A stretch of 64,000 nt of DNA from Planctomycetota bacterium (GCA_038212275.1 JBBQUR010000017.1:1-64000), one strand, 5' to 3'; positions 48,758 to 58,703 are shown, counted from the first letter of the stretch. Made by a program: numbers and translations. The notes: generated by a model from the letters alone, not told the origin.

Positions 48758-49198
48758 TCAGTCGGCCGATTCGACGAGGCGCTTGAGTCGTTCGAGGTTG
48801 CCCGCCACCTGCTGCTGATTGGCGACGCGAATCATGGGCGCCATGAGCCGCAGCGTGAAGCTCTTCAGGTCGATGGACACGACGTGCGAGACGCGCGTGC
48901 CGTCGGGCAACGCGTCGAAGCGCAGCGCTACCGCCACGCCGAACATCTCGTCCGCGAACTCCATGCGCAGCTCGCGGCCAGGCGCCCATGCCGTGACACG
49001 GCCGGTCATGCGCACTTCGTGACCTCCCTGCTGGTGCACGTAGTGCAGCAGCGCCCCGTGCCCCCATCCCTCCGGCGACGCGAGCGACAGCGCCACGCAG
49101 CCCTGCAACCACTCCGGCGCGCGACTCACGTCGCACACGCATGCGAAGAGGACCGCGGCGGGGCGTCGGATGTCCAGACTGGCTTCGGCTTCGATCAT
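48758..49198 (-). CDS. SRPBCC / polyketide cyclase family protein
   Basis: IRRPAAVLF..V.D..RAPEW, GTRV, NLERLKRLVE. Confidence 0.85.
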   Translation of the reverse strand: MIEAEASLDIRRPAAVLFACVCDVSRAPEWLQGCVALSLASPEGWGHGALLHYVHQQGGHEVRMTGRVTAWAPGRELRMEFADEMFGVAVALRFDALPDGTRVSHVVSIDLKSFTLRLMAPMIRVANQQQVAGNLERLKRLVESAD

Positions 49199-49211
49199 GT
49201 TGCGCCGGCGC

Positions 49212-50456
49212 TCATGAGCTGGCGCCAGAGCAGGCGAAGGCCTGGAAGGCGCCGGGCAGCGCGACCTCGAGCAGCTCGAAGTCCTCGCTACACGCGCCGA
49301 GGGCATGCGGAACATGCGCCGGGATCACGAAGGCATCGCCCGGGGCGATGCGCACGGCGCCGGTCGCCGCCGCGTCGTGACCAAGGTCCGTTCCGGCTGC
49401 GCTCACGGCGTCACCGGCCCCATGAGCGCGATCGAGGGTCGCGACACGCAGCATCGCGTGCCCGCTCAGCACGAAGGAGAACAGCAGCTCCGCGTCGTGG
49501 GACCGGATTTCCTCAGCCGATGAGGAACCCTTGCCTTGTGCGCCGCGGGCGCGCAGCACGCGCACGCCGGCCAGCCCGCAGGTGGCCTCCGAGATGCCCG
49601 TTTCGGCGGACTGCAGGCCGGGGCGCCAGGAGGCCGCCCACGTGGACTCGGCCGCGCGGTGGCAGACGAAACGCTGGCCGGCATGCGTGCGCTCGCGTTG
49701 CACCACGGAATCGGGAAGCGCCAGCGCGTGATCCGCGCAGGTCTCGTGCTCTGCCGGACACGTGACCTCGACGACCTCCAGGCCCGGGGAACACTCGAGC
49801 ACGCGGTGCCGGATGCGCGGCGGCTGCAGCAGGCAGTCGCCAGCCTGCAGGACGAGCGATGGTCCCTGGCCCTCGTAGGCCACGCGCACCCAGCCGCGCA
49901 CGAAGTGGATCACCTGGAAGTGGATCTTGTGAAAGTGCACGTAGTCGGGCACGGGGCCGCCGTCCCTGATGCGGATGTGCGACGCGATGTATCGGCCGCC
50001 CAGCCGGTCCGGGATCAGGTCGCGGTATTCCATCCCGGCGCGGCCGCGCTTCCATGCGTCGGGTGCACCGGCGCCGTCCTGCCGTGTCAGCACGAAAGCG
50101 GGACGCATCGGCGGCAGGACGAGCTCGGGATCCGCCTGTGCCAGCACGATGCGCGTGCCGTTGGGCGCGGTGAGTTCGAGCGCGCCGCCGGCGACCGCAG
50201 CCCGCTCCGCCGCATGCAGGCGAAGCGTGACGGCGCCCCCCGCGCCGAGCGCGCCCCCCGCGCCGGCACGCTGCCGCTCGAGGCGCAGCCTCAGGCCGGC
50301 GCCGGACAGGATGGCGACGAGCGGATCGTCCGCCGGGATGATCGACTCGATGCAAAAACCCAGTCGCTCGACGAAGAAGCGTGTCGTGGCATCGAGCTCG
50401 ACGCACGGCAGCACGACCTCGCCCTGCGTGCATGCCGGCGTGCGCGACGGATCCAT
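49212..50456 (-). CDS. VOC-like N-terminal domain plus tandem cupin domains
   Basis: FFVERLGF (glyoxalase-like), GRAGMEYRDL, VHFHKIHFQ, GDCLLQPPRIRH, second cupin PGDAFVIP..PH. Confidence 0.82.
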   Translation of the reverse strand: MDPSRTPACTQGEVVLPCVELDATTRFFVERLGFCIESIIPADDPLVAILSGAGLRLRLERQRAGAGGALGAGGAVTLRLHAAERAAVAGGALELTAPNGTRIVLAQADPELVLPPMRPAFVLTRQDGAGAPDAWKRGRAGMEYRDLIPDRLGGRYIASHIRIRDGGPVPDYVHFHKIHFQVIHFVRGWVRVAYEGQGPSLVLQAGDCLLQPPRIRHRVLECSPGLEVVEVTCPAEHETCADHALALPDSVVQRERTHAGQRFVCHRAAESTWAASWRPGLQSAETGISEATCGLAGVRVLRARGAQGKGSSSAEEIRSHDAELLFSFVLSGHAMLRVATLDRAHGAGDAVSAAGTDLGHDAAATGAVRIAPGDAFVIPAHVPHALGACSEDFELLEVALPGAFQAFACSGASS

Positions 50457-50531
50457 GCCGCGATGATCCCAGATCCTGTGCCGAGCGGCGAGTGCGTGCA
50501 GCCGAAGGGCGTCACGCCCCTTCCGTGAAGA

Positions 50532-51830
50532 CTACGGCTCGTTCACGTAGATGAGGTGATCCGTGGGACGAACGCTGCCCATGATCGGGGTCGGGAACGG
50601 ACCGGCCAGCGGCGCGGTGTAGTTGTCCACGAGATCGGTGAAGTTGGTCGGCGAACCTGGGATCGACAGGACGGTCCAGCCGTTGCGTGTCGATGCGCCG
50701 TACTTCTGCTCGAGGAAGCTGCCCGTGCATGCATCCTGGTGAACGAACAGGCCTTCGTCGACCCAGACGGATTCCGTGCTCGGATACATGTTGGGATTGG
50801 TCCACCGGCCGATGCTCGTGCTCACCATGTGAAGCCAGGGCAGCGTCGGGAAGTTGATGTTGAGAGAGGTCCAGGCGCCCGGAGTCCCGGCCGTGGTCGT
50901 GCACTGCGTCTGTCCCGTGAACTGCCGCAACGTCTGCTGTTTGGGGCTGATCGACAGCGTGCACACGCAGCCCGCGCCGAGCGGCGTCATCGAGCCGAAA
51001 GCGACGGGATCCTCGACGGTGCATGCAAAGGGCGGCAAGCCGCTGGTGGTCACGCTGCGCGTGGCTTCCGCGAAGACATTGCCGCCGGGAGCGACGACGT
51101 TGACCGGCACGAACGGCTGCAGCGCCGAGTGTGGTGCGACGATCGCGAAGGACGAACTCGCGTGAAAAACGCCTGGCCGGTCGGAGAGTCCCGGCGCGTG
51201 GATGAAGCGGTCACACGCATGGTAGAGCACGAGAACGTTCTCCCAGGTGCCCGCCGCAGTGCAGTTGGTGTAGTCCACGTAGCCGTAGAAGAAGGCGGTC
51301 GGGTGCGGGCCGACGGGCGCAATGCAGTTGGGGACAGGACAGGGAGGCCCGCCTGGCGCCGCCAGTGAAACGAGGTCGGCCTTTGCCGTGAAGCGCCAGA
51401 CCTGAGCCACCGTGCCTGTCGTCGTGATTTCGTCCCAGGTGCGCGTGTAGTCCAGCGTCAGCTGGCCGCCGAGCAGCGGCAGGCCGGAGCTGCCGTCGAA
51501 CACCGTGAGCGTCGTGGTGTATTCGGCGCAGAACGGCTGCGCGGGCGGGGTCCAAGCCACCTTGAGCGTGCGCTGGTTGTTGACGGTGCACTGTCCCCAG
51601 CAGATGCCGAGGCCCGGCAGCGACGCTCCGGGAAACACCGGCAGGTTGGGGAGCGTGGCCGCGCAGCACGGGCCGAGATCCAGGTTGTCGGGCCCGAAGC
51701 ATTGCGCCGAGACGACGGGCGCAGCGGGAAGGAGGAGCGCCCCCAGCATCGCGAGCATCGCGATCTTTGTGATCTTTGTGATCTTCGCGAGCCTTGCGAT
51801 CGTTGCCGGCACGGCGGGTCGACGGATCAT
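50532..51830 (-). CDS. Secreted cysteine-rich hypothetical protein
   Basis: Signal peptide ending VSA/Q; about 15 Cys in the mature part; no recognisable family. Confidence 0.8.
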   Translation of the reverse strand: MIRRPAVPATIARLAKITKITKIAMLAMLGALLLPAAPVVSAQCFGPDNLDLGPCCAATLPNLPVFPGASLPGLGICWGQCTVNNQRTLKVAWTPPAQPFCAEYTTTLTVFDGSSGLPLLGGQLTLDYTRTWDEITTTGTVAQVWRFTAKADLVSLAAPGGPPCPVPNCIAPVGPHPTAFFYGYVDYTNCTAAGTWENVLVLYHACDRFIHAPGLSDRPGVFHASSSFAIVAPHSALQPFVPVNVVAPGGNVFAEATRSVTTSGLPPFACTVEDPVAFGSMTPLGAGCVCTLSISPKQQTLRQFTGQTQCTTTAGTPGAWTSLNINFPTLPWLHMVSTSIGRWTNPNMYPSTESVWVDEGLFVHQDACTGSFLEQKYGASTRNGWTVLSIPGSPTNFTDLVDNYTAPLAGPFPTPIMGSVRPTDHLIYVNEP

Positions 51831-52125
51831 GCGCGAAACGTGCAGCACGCAGCACCTCCTTGGAATGAGCAGGCCCCTGCCGAAGTCCCGAAGTTGCAGC
51901 CGTGGTGTGGTGCGCGGAGCCCGGGCGCATGACCACCTGCGCCGCGGATGATATGGCACGACCCGAGATTCGAACAGGCGGCGGCGGGAGAGGAATCCTC
52001 CCGCGTGAGGCGCGCGGCCCGGGCCCGAGAAGACTCAGGATGCGAGCCTCGCCGGGCGCTGGCGGGCGCCACGCGGCGGACGCCACCGTCAGGCGCACCG
52101 CAGCGCAGCGCGGCGCGCGGACGGC

Positions 52126-53772
52126 TCAGGGCGTGGTGCCCTTCACGGCGTTGCTCGCGGCAAAGCCGGACGGCCCGGCCGCGTCCTGAACCCAGAACTG
52201 GTAGTACGTGGCGAGGGCCGACGGCACGCCGACCGGCCACAGTGTCGCGATCGCGACGGTGCCGCCCGCGGTCGTCGGAATCGCGAAGACGAAGTTCACG
52301 TCCGGCACCATGAGGCCGCCCTTGAAGGGTGCGCCGAGCGCCGAAAGGCCGAGCACGAACCACGCCGGGCTGTTGCCGAGCGCCTGCGCGAGCGACACGC
52401 CGAGAGCACTGCCGGCGCTGAGCGTGCCCGTGAGCTCCAGCGTCGGATCGCCCGACGTGCCGGCAAGGCTGCTGCCGAGGTCGAGCCACGCGGAGGGAAA
52501 TTCCCGGGCGCCGATGTCCACGACCGGCGCCGGGCCGATGCCGGTGTCGGCGACGGAGAGCACGTCCGCGAGGCGCGGCTGGTGCGCGTAGTCCAGCAGG
52601 GCGCCGGCCGGCACGGCCGAGGAATCGCCGGCATCGATGCCGGGCGAGGCGGAGGTCGGCGAGAAATCACCCCCGACGAGATCCAGCAGGCCGGGATCCG
52701 CGGACAGATTGCCCGTGCCGGCGAAGCCGCCCTGCACGATGGAGTGCGTGACGACGGTCGCCGCATTCACCTGGTTGCCCGCGGCCTGCGCGCCGCCGGG
52801 CCCGGTGTTGTCCCAGAAGATGCAGTTGACGACCGTGGCATTGGTGGCGGCCTGGTTGCGCAATCCGGCGACGGCGTTCACCGTGGACGTGTTGCCGATG
52901 ATCGTGCAGTTGCGGATGCGCGGATCGCCGCCCGTGCCCACCCAGATGGCCCCGCCGCCGCCCGAACCGGTGGCCGTGTTGCCGGTGAAGACGCAGTTGT
53001 TCACCAGCACGCCGTTGGTGGAGAAGACCTCCAGCGCGCCGGCGCGAGCGGCCGTGTTGCCCTTGAACAGGCAGCGCTCGTAGAGCACCGCCCCGCCGGA
53101 GGCGATGTCGAAGGCGCCGCCGAAGGACCCGCCGACGCCGTCCTCGAAGCTGCAATCGGTGAAGCTCGGCGCCGCGCTGCTGCTGATGTAGCCGGCCGCG
53201 CCGCCGAAGCTGCTGCGGTTGCCGACGAAGCGGCAGTTGCGCACGGTCGGGCTCGCGCCGCTCAGGCACAGGATGCCGCCGCCGCGGTCCTGATTGCCTC
53301 CGTTGACAGTCGCGGCGCCGCTCGAAATCACGAAGCCGTCGAGCACCGCGCTCGGGCCGGTGCCCGTCGTGGTGATGAGGTGGATGGAGTTGTCGCCGAA
53401 GGCCAGTGCGCCATCGTTGCCCGCAAGATCGCCGCTGAGCACGCTGGGCGCCGTGCCGAAGGGCGGGCGCTGGGCTGGCGACGTCTCCGTCCCGAGGAAG
53501 GACCCGTAGATCGCGACGTCATTCTTGAGCGCGAAGGCCACGGTGCGCGACAGCGTGGCTGTCGGGAGGCAGGTGCCTTGCGCCACGAAGATCTGGTCGC
53601 CCGCGATGGAGACGGCGAGAGCGGCCTGCAGGCCGTGCGGCCCCTGAAATGCGTCGGCCCAGCTCGAGCCGTCGTTGGCCCCCGTCGCGAGGTCGGCATT
53701 CACGTGGTGCGTGCCGGCCGCCACGGCAGGCGAGAGCGCGAGCAGGCACGACAGGGCAAGGGCGATGTGCAT
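52126..53772 (-). CDS. Secreted right-handed beta-helix protein (GGA/FxxN repeats) with the shared C-terminal domain
   Basis: NDGSSWADAF, VAQG, LSGDL, LDGF, repeated NCxFxGN and GGA motifs, SPGIDAG, VDIGARE. Confidence 0.88.
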   Translation of the reverse strand: MHIALALSCLLALSPAVAAGTHHVNADLATGANDGSSWADAFQGPHGLQAALAVSIAGDQIFVAQGTCLPTATLSRTVAFALKNDVAIYGSFLGTETSPAQRPPFGTAPSVLSGDLAGNDGALAFGDNSIHLITTTGTGPSAVLDGFVISSGAATVNGGNQDRGGGILCLSGASPTVRNCRFVGNRSSFGGAAGYISSSAAPSFTDCSFEDGVGGSFGGAFDIASGGAVLYERCLFKGNTAARAGALEVFSTNGVLVNNCVFTGNTATGSGGGGAIWVGTGGDPRIRNCTIIGNTSTVNAVAGLRNQAATNATVVNCIFWDNTGPGGAQAAGNQVNAATVVTHSIVQGGFAGTGNLSADPGLLDLVGGDFSPTSASPGIDAGDSSAVPAGALLDYAHQPRLADVLSVADTGIGPAPVVDIGAREFPSAWLDLGSSLAGTSGDPTLELTGTLSAGSALGVSLAQALGNSPAWFVLGLSALGAPFKGGLMVPDVNFVFAIPTTAGGTVAIATLWPVGVPSALATYYQFWVQDAAGPSGFAASNAVKGTTP

Positions 53773-53842
53773 CAGTTGTCTCAGGTGTCGGGCACGGGTG
53801 AGGAAGCGGGGGATGTTAACACCCTCCGCGCCGCAGAGGGCG

Positions 53843-54814
53843 TCAGCTCTCCATCTCGCGCCCGAGAAAGAAGCCGTCGTCGCCCTGGCTCTGGTAGAGA
53901 GGAAAGACGAGCCAACCGTCCTCGTCCGCCCGCACTTCGCCGTGCCGATCGCGCGCGAGCAGCGTGCCGGCGCGGACGCGCTGCAGGTTCGCGAAGCCGG
54001 GCTCCATGCGGAAGTCGTCGTCCTTCCGGAGCGCGTGCCGGTGATGAACCTGAATCACGCGTGGCAGTCCGCGGCTCGCGCCCTGCAGCCGCGCGGCGTG
54101 CTGCGCGAGGTCCGGCAGCGCCGTGCCTTCCACCAGACCGGTGAAGGCAAGCGCCAGCATCAACACCGAGTGCAGCTGGTCGACCGAGCCAGGATCGTCG
54201 TTCTGCCCGCCCTCCACCACGAGCGAGACGCAGCCGCGACGAGTCAGGTATCCGGCGAGGATGCCGTGGACTCTTTCGAGCATTCCGCGGAGGGCGGGCA
54301 GGCCCACGGCCAGCGCGAAGCCGCTGCTGTCCGCCGTGCCGGCCACGATCGAGAAGGCGAAACCCGCGGCGGACGAGGTGTGCAGGTCGAGCACGAAGAC
54401 GCGCCGCCCGTCGTGCAGGAAGGGTTCGATGGCCGCGAGCAAGTCGAGCTGCTCGCGGTCCTCGGTCTCGGGCGCGGCGCCCGCTGGCGACCCGTTGCCG
54501 TTCCCGTGGCTGCCCGTCGCCGAGCGGAGATGCGCGAGGCTCTCCTCGGTCCAGCCGCGATTGAGGTCGCGCGTGAGGAAGCGTCGCTGCTGCTGCAGTG
54601 CACCGCGATTGCCGAGCAGCACGAGCAGCTCGCCGTGCATCGGCACGTGCTCCTCGCGGAGTCTCGCGAGCACGCGCCGGGCCGCCGCGATGCCGGCGGG
54701 CTCGTTGCCGTGAATGCCCGCGATGACGAGGAGCAGCGGGCCTCCCTGGGTGCCGCGCAGGTGGCCGAGCACACGGCCGTCGGCCGCGTTGCTGCCGGCG
54801 GCCCCCGCCGTCAC
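53843..54814 (-). CDS. M14 metallocarboxypeptidase-like protein (succinylglutamate desuccinylase/aspartoacylase family)
   Basis: AGIHGNEPAG, RDLNR, LDLHT, VEGGQ; GTGA overlap with the upstream ligase. Confidence 0.9.
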   Translation of the reverse strand: MTAGAAGSNAADGRVLGHLRGTQGGPLLLVIAGIHGNEPAGIAAARRVLARLREEHVPMHGELLVLLGNRGALQQQRRFLTRDLNRGWTEESLAHLRSATGSHGNGNGSPAGAAPETEDREQLDLLAAIEPFLHDGRRVFVLDLHTSSAAGFAFSIVAGTADSSGFALAVGLPALRGMLERVHGILAGYLTRRGCVSLVVEGGQNDDPGSVDQLHSVLMLALAFTGLVEGTALPDLAQHAARLQGASRGLPRVIQVHHRHALRKDDDFRMEPGFANLQRVRAGTLLARDRHGEVRADEDGWLVFPLYQSQGDDGFFLGREMES

Positions 54815-56721
54815 TCGGCGAGCTTCTGCTTGAGAAGCTGGCTGGCGATGTCGGCGAAGTCGCCGGGCGTGATCATGCCCACGAGACGTCCGCGGTGGAC
54901 GACGGGCAGGCACCCGACCTTGTGCGTGTTCATGAGCTCGATCGCGCGCATGGTGGTCGTGCCCGGTGCGACCGTGAACGGATCGCGGTGCATCACTTCC
55001 GAGACGGGGATCGCGTCGGCGCCGCGCGCGGCGTCCTGCGCCGTCAGCAGCCGCAGCAGCGAGCGATAGGAGACCAGGCCCACCAGCCGGTGCTCCTGAT
55101 CTTCCACCGGAACGTGGCGGATGCCGTGCCACTGCATGAGGTTGGCGGCCAGCTCCACCGGATCGTCTTCCTGCACGGTGTACAGGTCGGTGGACATGTA
55201 CTGCTCGATGTGCACGTAGTTGTGCTTCCAGCCGCCGGCCTCGACGCGCTGCGCGGGCTCCCACGACTCCACCGTGGCGCCGCTCTGCTGTCGCGCGGCC
55301 GTGGCGGAGGTCAGCGCGGTCAGTCGTTCGGCGGCCGTGCCGTGCCCCTTCATCTGGGCCAGCGAGAAGAGCAGCCAGCGCGCGCCGGTGCGGCCGGTGC
55401 GCACGCGGCGCTCGATGACGCCGAGATAGCGCTCGCGATCCGCATCGTCGACGCCGCCGCTGCGCAGGCCGGCCTCGGCGAGCGGCAGCAGGTGGTCCAG
55501 CACCAGGTGCGGCGCCGACATCTCCTCGCCGTCCAACCAGATCATGGGTGCGCCGAGTCCGTAGCGCGCGCCGGTGGTGAAGTTGGCCCGCGCGTGCTCG
55601 AACTCCATGACCTTCGTGATGTCCTCGTGCTTTGCCGCGAGGCCGAGCATGCAGCCGTACCAGAAGGCGCCGTTGGCGACTTCGTCAGTGACACTTGGAC
55701 CCGACGGCAGCACGCGGTTCTCGATGCGGAGGTGCGGCTTGCCGTCGGTCACGCCGTAGCAGGCGCGGTTCCAGCGGTAGACGGTGCCGTTGTGCAGGCG
55801 CAGGCTGCGCAGTTCGGGCACGCCGCCGCGCTCGAGAATCGCCATCGGATCCTCGCCGCTCTCGCCGCCGACCAGCGTGCGGAAGCGCGCGACGTCCTCG
55901 CGGTAGATCTCCACCACCGAGCGCCGCAGCCAGCGATCGCCGAAGGACACGCGCGCCTGAACGTCGCGCTCGTGATTCGGGCTGCGCGTGTCCACGGCCT
56001 GCTCGAAGAGCGCGATGCGCGTCTCGGTCCACAGCCTGCGGCCGAAGAGCAGCGGCGAATTGCTGCAGCAGGAGAGCAGCGGCCCGGCCAGGGCCTGCGC
56101 GATGTTGTAGAGATTGGGGAACTCCGCCGCTCCCGACTGCAGGTGCACCTGGAAGCTCGTGTTGCAGGCCTCCACCATCACCGAGTCGTGCTTGAGGCGC
56201 AGTTCGTCGGCGCCTTCGATGGCGATCTCGTAGTCCTGCCCGCGCAGCGCGGTCATCGCGCGGTTGAGCATCTGGTAGCGCGGGTTGGGAACCATGTTCT
56301 CCAGCCCGAGATCGGAGCGGCGCAGCGACGGCAGGATGCCCGTGAGCACGATCTCCAGCCCGGCAGGCCCGATCGCGCGACGCAGCTGCCCGAGCAGACC
56401 GGAGAGCTGGTGCTCCATGCGCCGGAAGCAGTCGCCGCCGAAGAGCTGAGGATCGAGGTTGCACTCGAGCTGGAACAGCCCCAGCTCCGTGGTGAAGTGC
56501 GGGTCATTCACCAGCTCGAGGGCCTTGAGCGATGCCGGCGCCGGGTGCCAGTGCCGATCCACGAGGAAGACTTCCTGCTCGGCGCCCACGCGGCGCACGC
56601 CTTCCTCGATCAGCCCGTTGGACAGCATGGCCTCGAGCGCCTGAAGGTCACGCAGGATCGCGCGCATGAAGCGCCGCCGGTCCGGGCCCGCGAACTCGGC
56701 ATCGACTTTCTGCTCACCCAT
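54811..56721 (-). CDS. Glutamate--cysteine ligase (GCS2) family carboxylate-amine ligase with C-terminal CBS pair
   Basis: GAEQE, TELGLFQLECN, NTSFQVHLQ, NSPLLFG..LW.ETR, YRWNR, HLRIENR, TGARW; CBS motifs IRHVPV and VGCLPVV. Confidence 0.9.
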   Translation of the reverse strand: MGEQKVDAEFAGPDRRRFMRAILRDLQALEAMLSNGLIEEGVRRVGAEQEVFLVDRHWHPAPASLKALELVNDPHFTTELGLFQLECNLDPQLFGGDCFRRMEHQLSGLLGQLRRAIGPAGLEIVLTGILPSLRRSDLGLENMVPNPRYQMLNRAMTALRGQDYEIAIEGADELRLKHDSVMVEACNTSFQVHLQSGAAEFPNLYNIAQALAGPLLSCCSNSPLLFGRRLWTETRIALFEQAVDTRSPNHERDVQARVSFGDRWLRRSVVEIYREDVARFRTLVGGESGEDPMAILERGGVPELRSLRLHNGTVYRWNRACYGVTDGKPHLRIENRVLPSGPSVTDEVANGAFWYGCMLGLAAKHEDITKVMEFEHARANFTTGARYGLGAPMIWLDGEEMSAPHLVLDHLLPLAEAGLRSGGVDDADRERYLGVIERRVRTGRTGARWLLFSLAQMKGHGTAAERLTALTSATAARQQSGATVESWEPAQRVEAGGWKHNYVHIEQYMSTDLYTVQEDDPVELAANLMQWHGIRHVPVEDQEHRLVGLVSYRSLLRLLTAQDAARGADAIPVSEVMHRDPFTVAPGTTTMRAIELMNTHKVGCLPVVHRGRLVGMITPGDFADIASQLLKQKLAE

Positions 56722-56727
56722 GTGCTT

Positions 56728-57453
56728 TCAGACGAACTCGTTCAGGTACAGCGGCAGCATCGTGCGCCACGTAGGCCAGTCATGGTGCCACTCGGCTCCC
56801 CACGGGTCCACTCGGTTGGGGATGCCCCGGCTGCCGAGCACGTCCGCCATGCGCCAGCTTTCGCCGATGTCCTCGGCGCGCCCCTGCCCGGAGGCGAGCA
56901 GGATGAAGCGCTTGCGGATCGCCTCGAGCGCCTCGCCCTGAAGCTGCGGAAGGAAGTGGATCGGGGACGCGTAGTGGAAGTCCTCGCCGCCGTCGCCCTT
57001 GAGGAAACGGGAGACGTCGTAGGTGCCGCTCATGCACAAGGCGTGCGAGAAGACCTCCGGGTAGCGGCAGACCATGGCCAGCGAGTGGAAGGCGCCGATG
57101 GACGCGCCGGTGGCCACCACCTCGACCGACTGCTGCCCGCAGTCGGCGGCGATGGCGGGCACCAGCTCGTGGCGCACGAACTCGTGGAAGCGATTCTGCA
57201 TGCGGCCGCGGTAACGGCTGCTGCCCTCGCCCGCCACCATGACCTGACCGGCCACGCTGTCGCAGGAGTAGACCTTGATGCGGCCCGCGTCGATGAGGGG
57301 CTGCACCGCGCCGATCATGTGAAAGCGCTCGACCTCCTCGGCGTCCCCGCCGGCGGTCGGGAAGAGCAGCACCGGCTTGCCGTAATGGCCCCAGCGCACG
57401 ACCGAGACGTCCTGGGCGACGCGCGTGGAATACCAGCGTGTGGCGTGCTTCAT
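56728..57453 (-). CDS. Putative esterase (alpha/beta hydrolase)
   Basis: WGHYGKPVLLFPT, GASIGA nucleophile, MSGTYD, HDWPTW. Confidence 0.9.
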   Translation of the reverse strand: MKHATRWYSTRVAQDVSVVRWGHYGKPVLLFPTAGGDAEEVERFHMIGAVQPLIDAGRIKVYSCDSVAGQVMVAGEGSSRYRGRMQNRFHEFVRHELVPAIAADCGQQSVEVVATGASIGAFHSLAMVCRYPEVFSHALCMSGTYDVSRFLKGDGGEDFHYASPIHFLPQLQGEALEAIRKRFILLASGQGRAEDIGESWRMADVLGSRGIPNRVDPWGAEWHHDWPTWRTMLPLYLNEFV

Positions 57454-58703
57454 TTCAGCCCCGCCGCTGCGCCGGACTCGTGCTCGCGCCAGAGCTGGAT
57501 GCGCGACCAGAACAGCTCCGTGAACTGGTCCACTTCGCGCGCGGGGAAAAGCGCCGCCACCTTGATGCGCACGGCGTGCTTCGCCGTGTCGGTGGCGAAG
57601 AACTCCCACGCGGTCTCGTCCAGGTGCGGCAGGTGCCGGGCGCAGAATTCCTCGAAGCGCGCGGCATCGAAGCGCTTGCGGGCCAGTGCGGCGCACGCGG
57701 TCAGCCGCTTGTTCGCGTCCGGCTCGTCGTTCGCGATCTCGAAAAACGGATTCCAGTCGAGGTTCTGGCGCATCGGGCGCTTCGTCGCCGCGCAGAAGAT
57801 CGACCAGCGCAGGTTCGCCTTGAGCAGCCACGGGAAGTGATAGTGCAACGAGGTCACCTGGCTGTCCGGGCAGGCATTGGCGAAGTCGATCGGGTGCCAC
57901 GTGCCGTCGCGGCGCAGCGCCTCGCAGGAATTGAAGTCCCAGCCGAAGAAGGCGTTGATCGTGAGGGTCATGTCGCGCAGCACCTGCGCCTGGTCGGGCG
58001 GCGCGACGTCGCGGTCCATCGTGTAGCGGTCGTGCAGCGGCGCCGAGGCGTCGTAGCGGATGAGCCGCGTCTGCGGCCCGAAGCCGATGCAGCGCACGAA
58101 GCTGTCGTGCGGGTCCACCGCCTTCTGCAGGTGCATGACGTTCGTGCCGCTCTTCTCGTAGGCGGCGCGCAGCGCGGCCTCGTCCTTGATCTGCGACACG
58201 CCCGCCCAGCCGCCGCCATCGTAGGGCTTCATGAATGACGGGTAGCCCAGCGCCTTGCCCACCTGCCCGATGTCGAAGAGCTTCGCGTAGCGTTCGAGCG
58301 TGCTCTGCAGGTCGTCCCTCGGGGCATACTCCTTGGGCGGCAGCAGCCAGGTGTCCGGCACCGGCAGGCCCAGCTTCATCATCGCGCAGTAGGTCGTGTG
58401 CTTCTCGTTGGCCTGGATGGACCACGGATTGTTGAAGACATAGAGCCCGTCCATGACGACGCACTTCTTGATCCACTCGCGGCTCGGCATGTACCAGTGC
58501 GTGAGCCGGTCGATGACCAGGTCGTAGCGGCAGGGCTGGCGCAGGTCGAAGGGCTCGATGCTGACGCGCTCGACCTCGAAGCGCACCGTGTCGCGCCCGA
58601 TGCGCAGCGACAGCTTGAGGCGCGCCATCAACTCCTCGTAGCAGAGCGGCCAGCACAGGTCCGCGCCCAGCGACAAGCCGATCTTTCGAACGATCTCAAC
58701 CAT
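57450..58703 (-). CDS. ATP-grasp (RimK-like) ligase
   Basis: IDRLTHW, FNNP, FMKPYDGGGW, LQKAV, FNSCE, IDFANACPD. Confidence 0.85.
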   Translation of the reverse strand: MVEIVRKIGLSLGADLCWPLCYEELMARLKLSLRIGRDTVRFEVERVSIEPFDLRQPCRYDLVIDRLTHWYMPSREWIKKCVVMDGLYVFNNPWSIQANEKHTTYCAMMKLGLPVPDTWLLPPKEYAPRDDLQSTLERYAKLFDIGQVGKALGYPSFMKPYDGGGWAGVSQIKDEAALRAAYEKSGTNVMHLQKAVDPHDSFVRCIGFGPQTRLIRYDASAPLHDRYTMDRDVAPPDQAQVLRDMTLTINAFFGWDFNSCEALRRDGTWHPIDFANACPDSQVTSLHYHFPWLLKANLRWSIFCAATKRPMRQNLDWNPFFEIANDEPDANKRLTACAALARKRFDAARFEEFCARHLPHLDETAWEFFATDTAKHAVRIKVAALFPAREVDQFTELFWSRIQLWREHESGAAAGLK

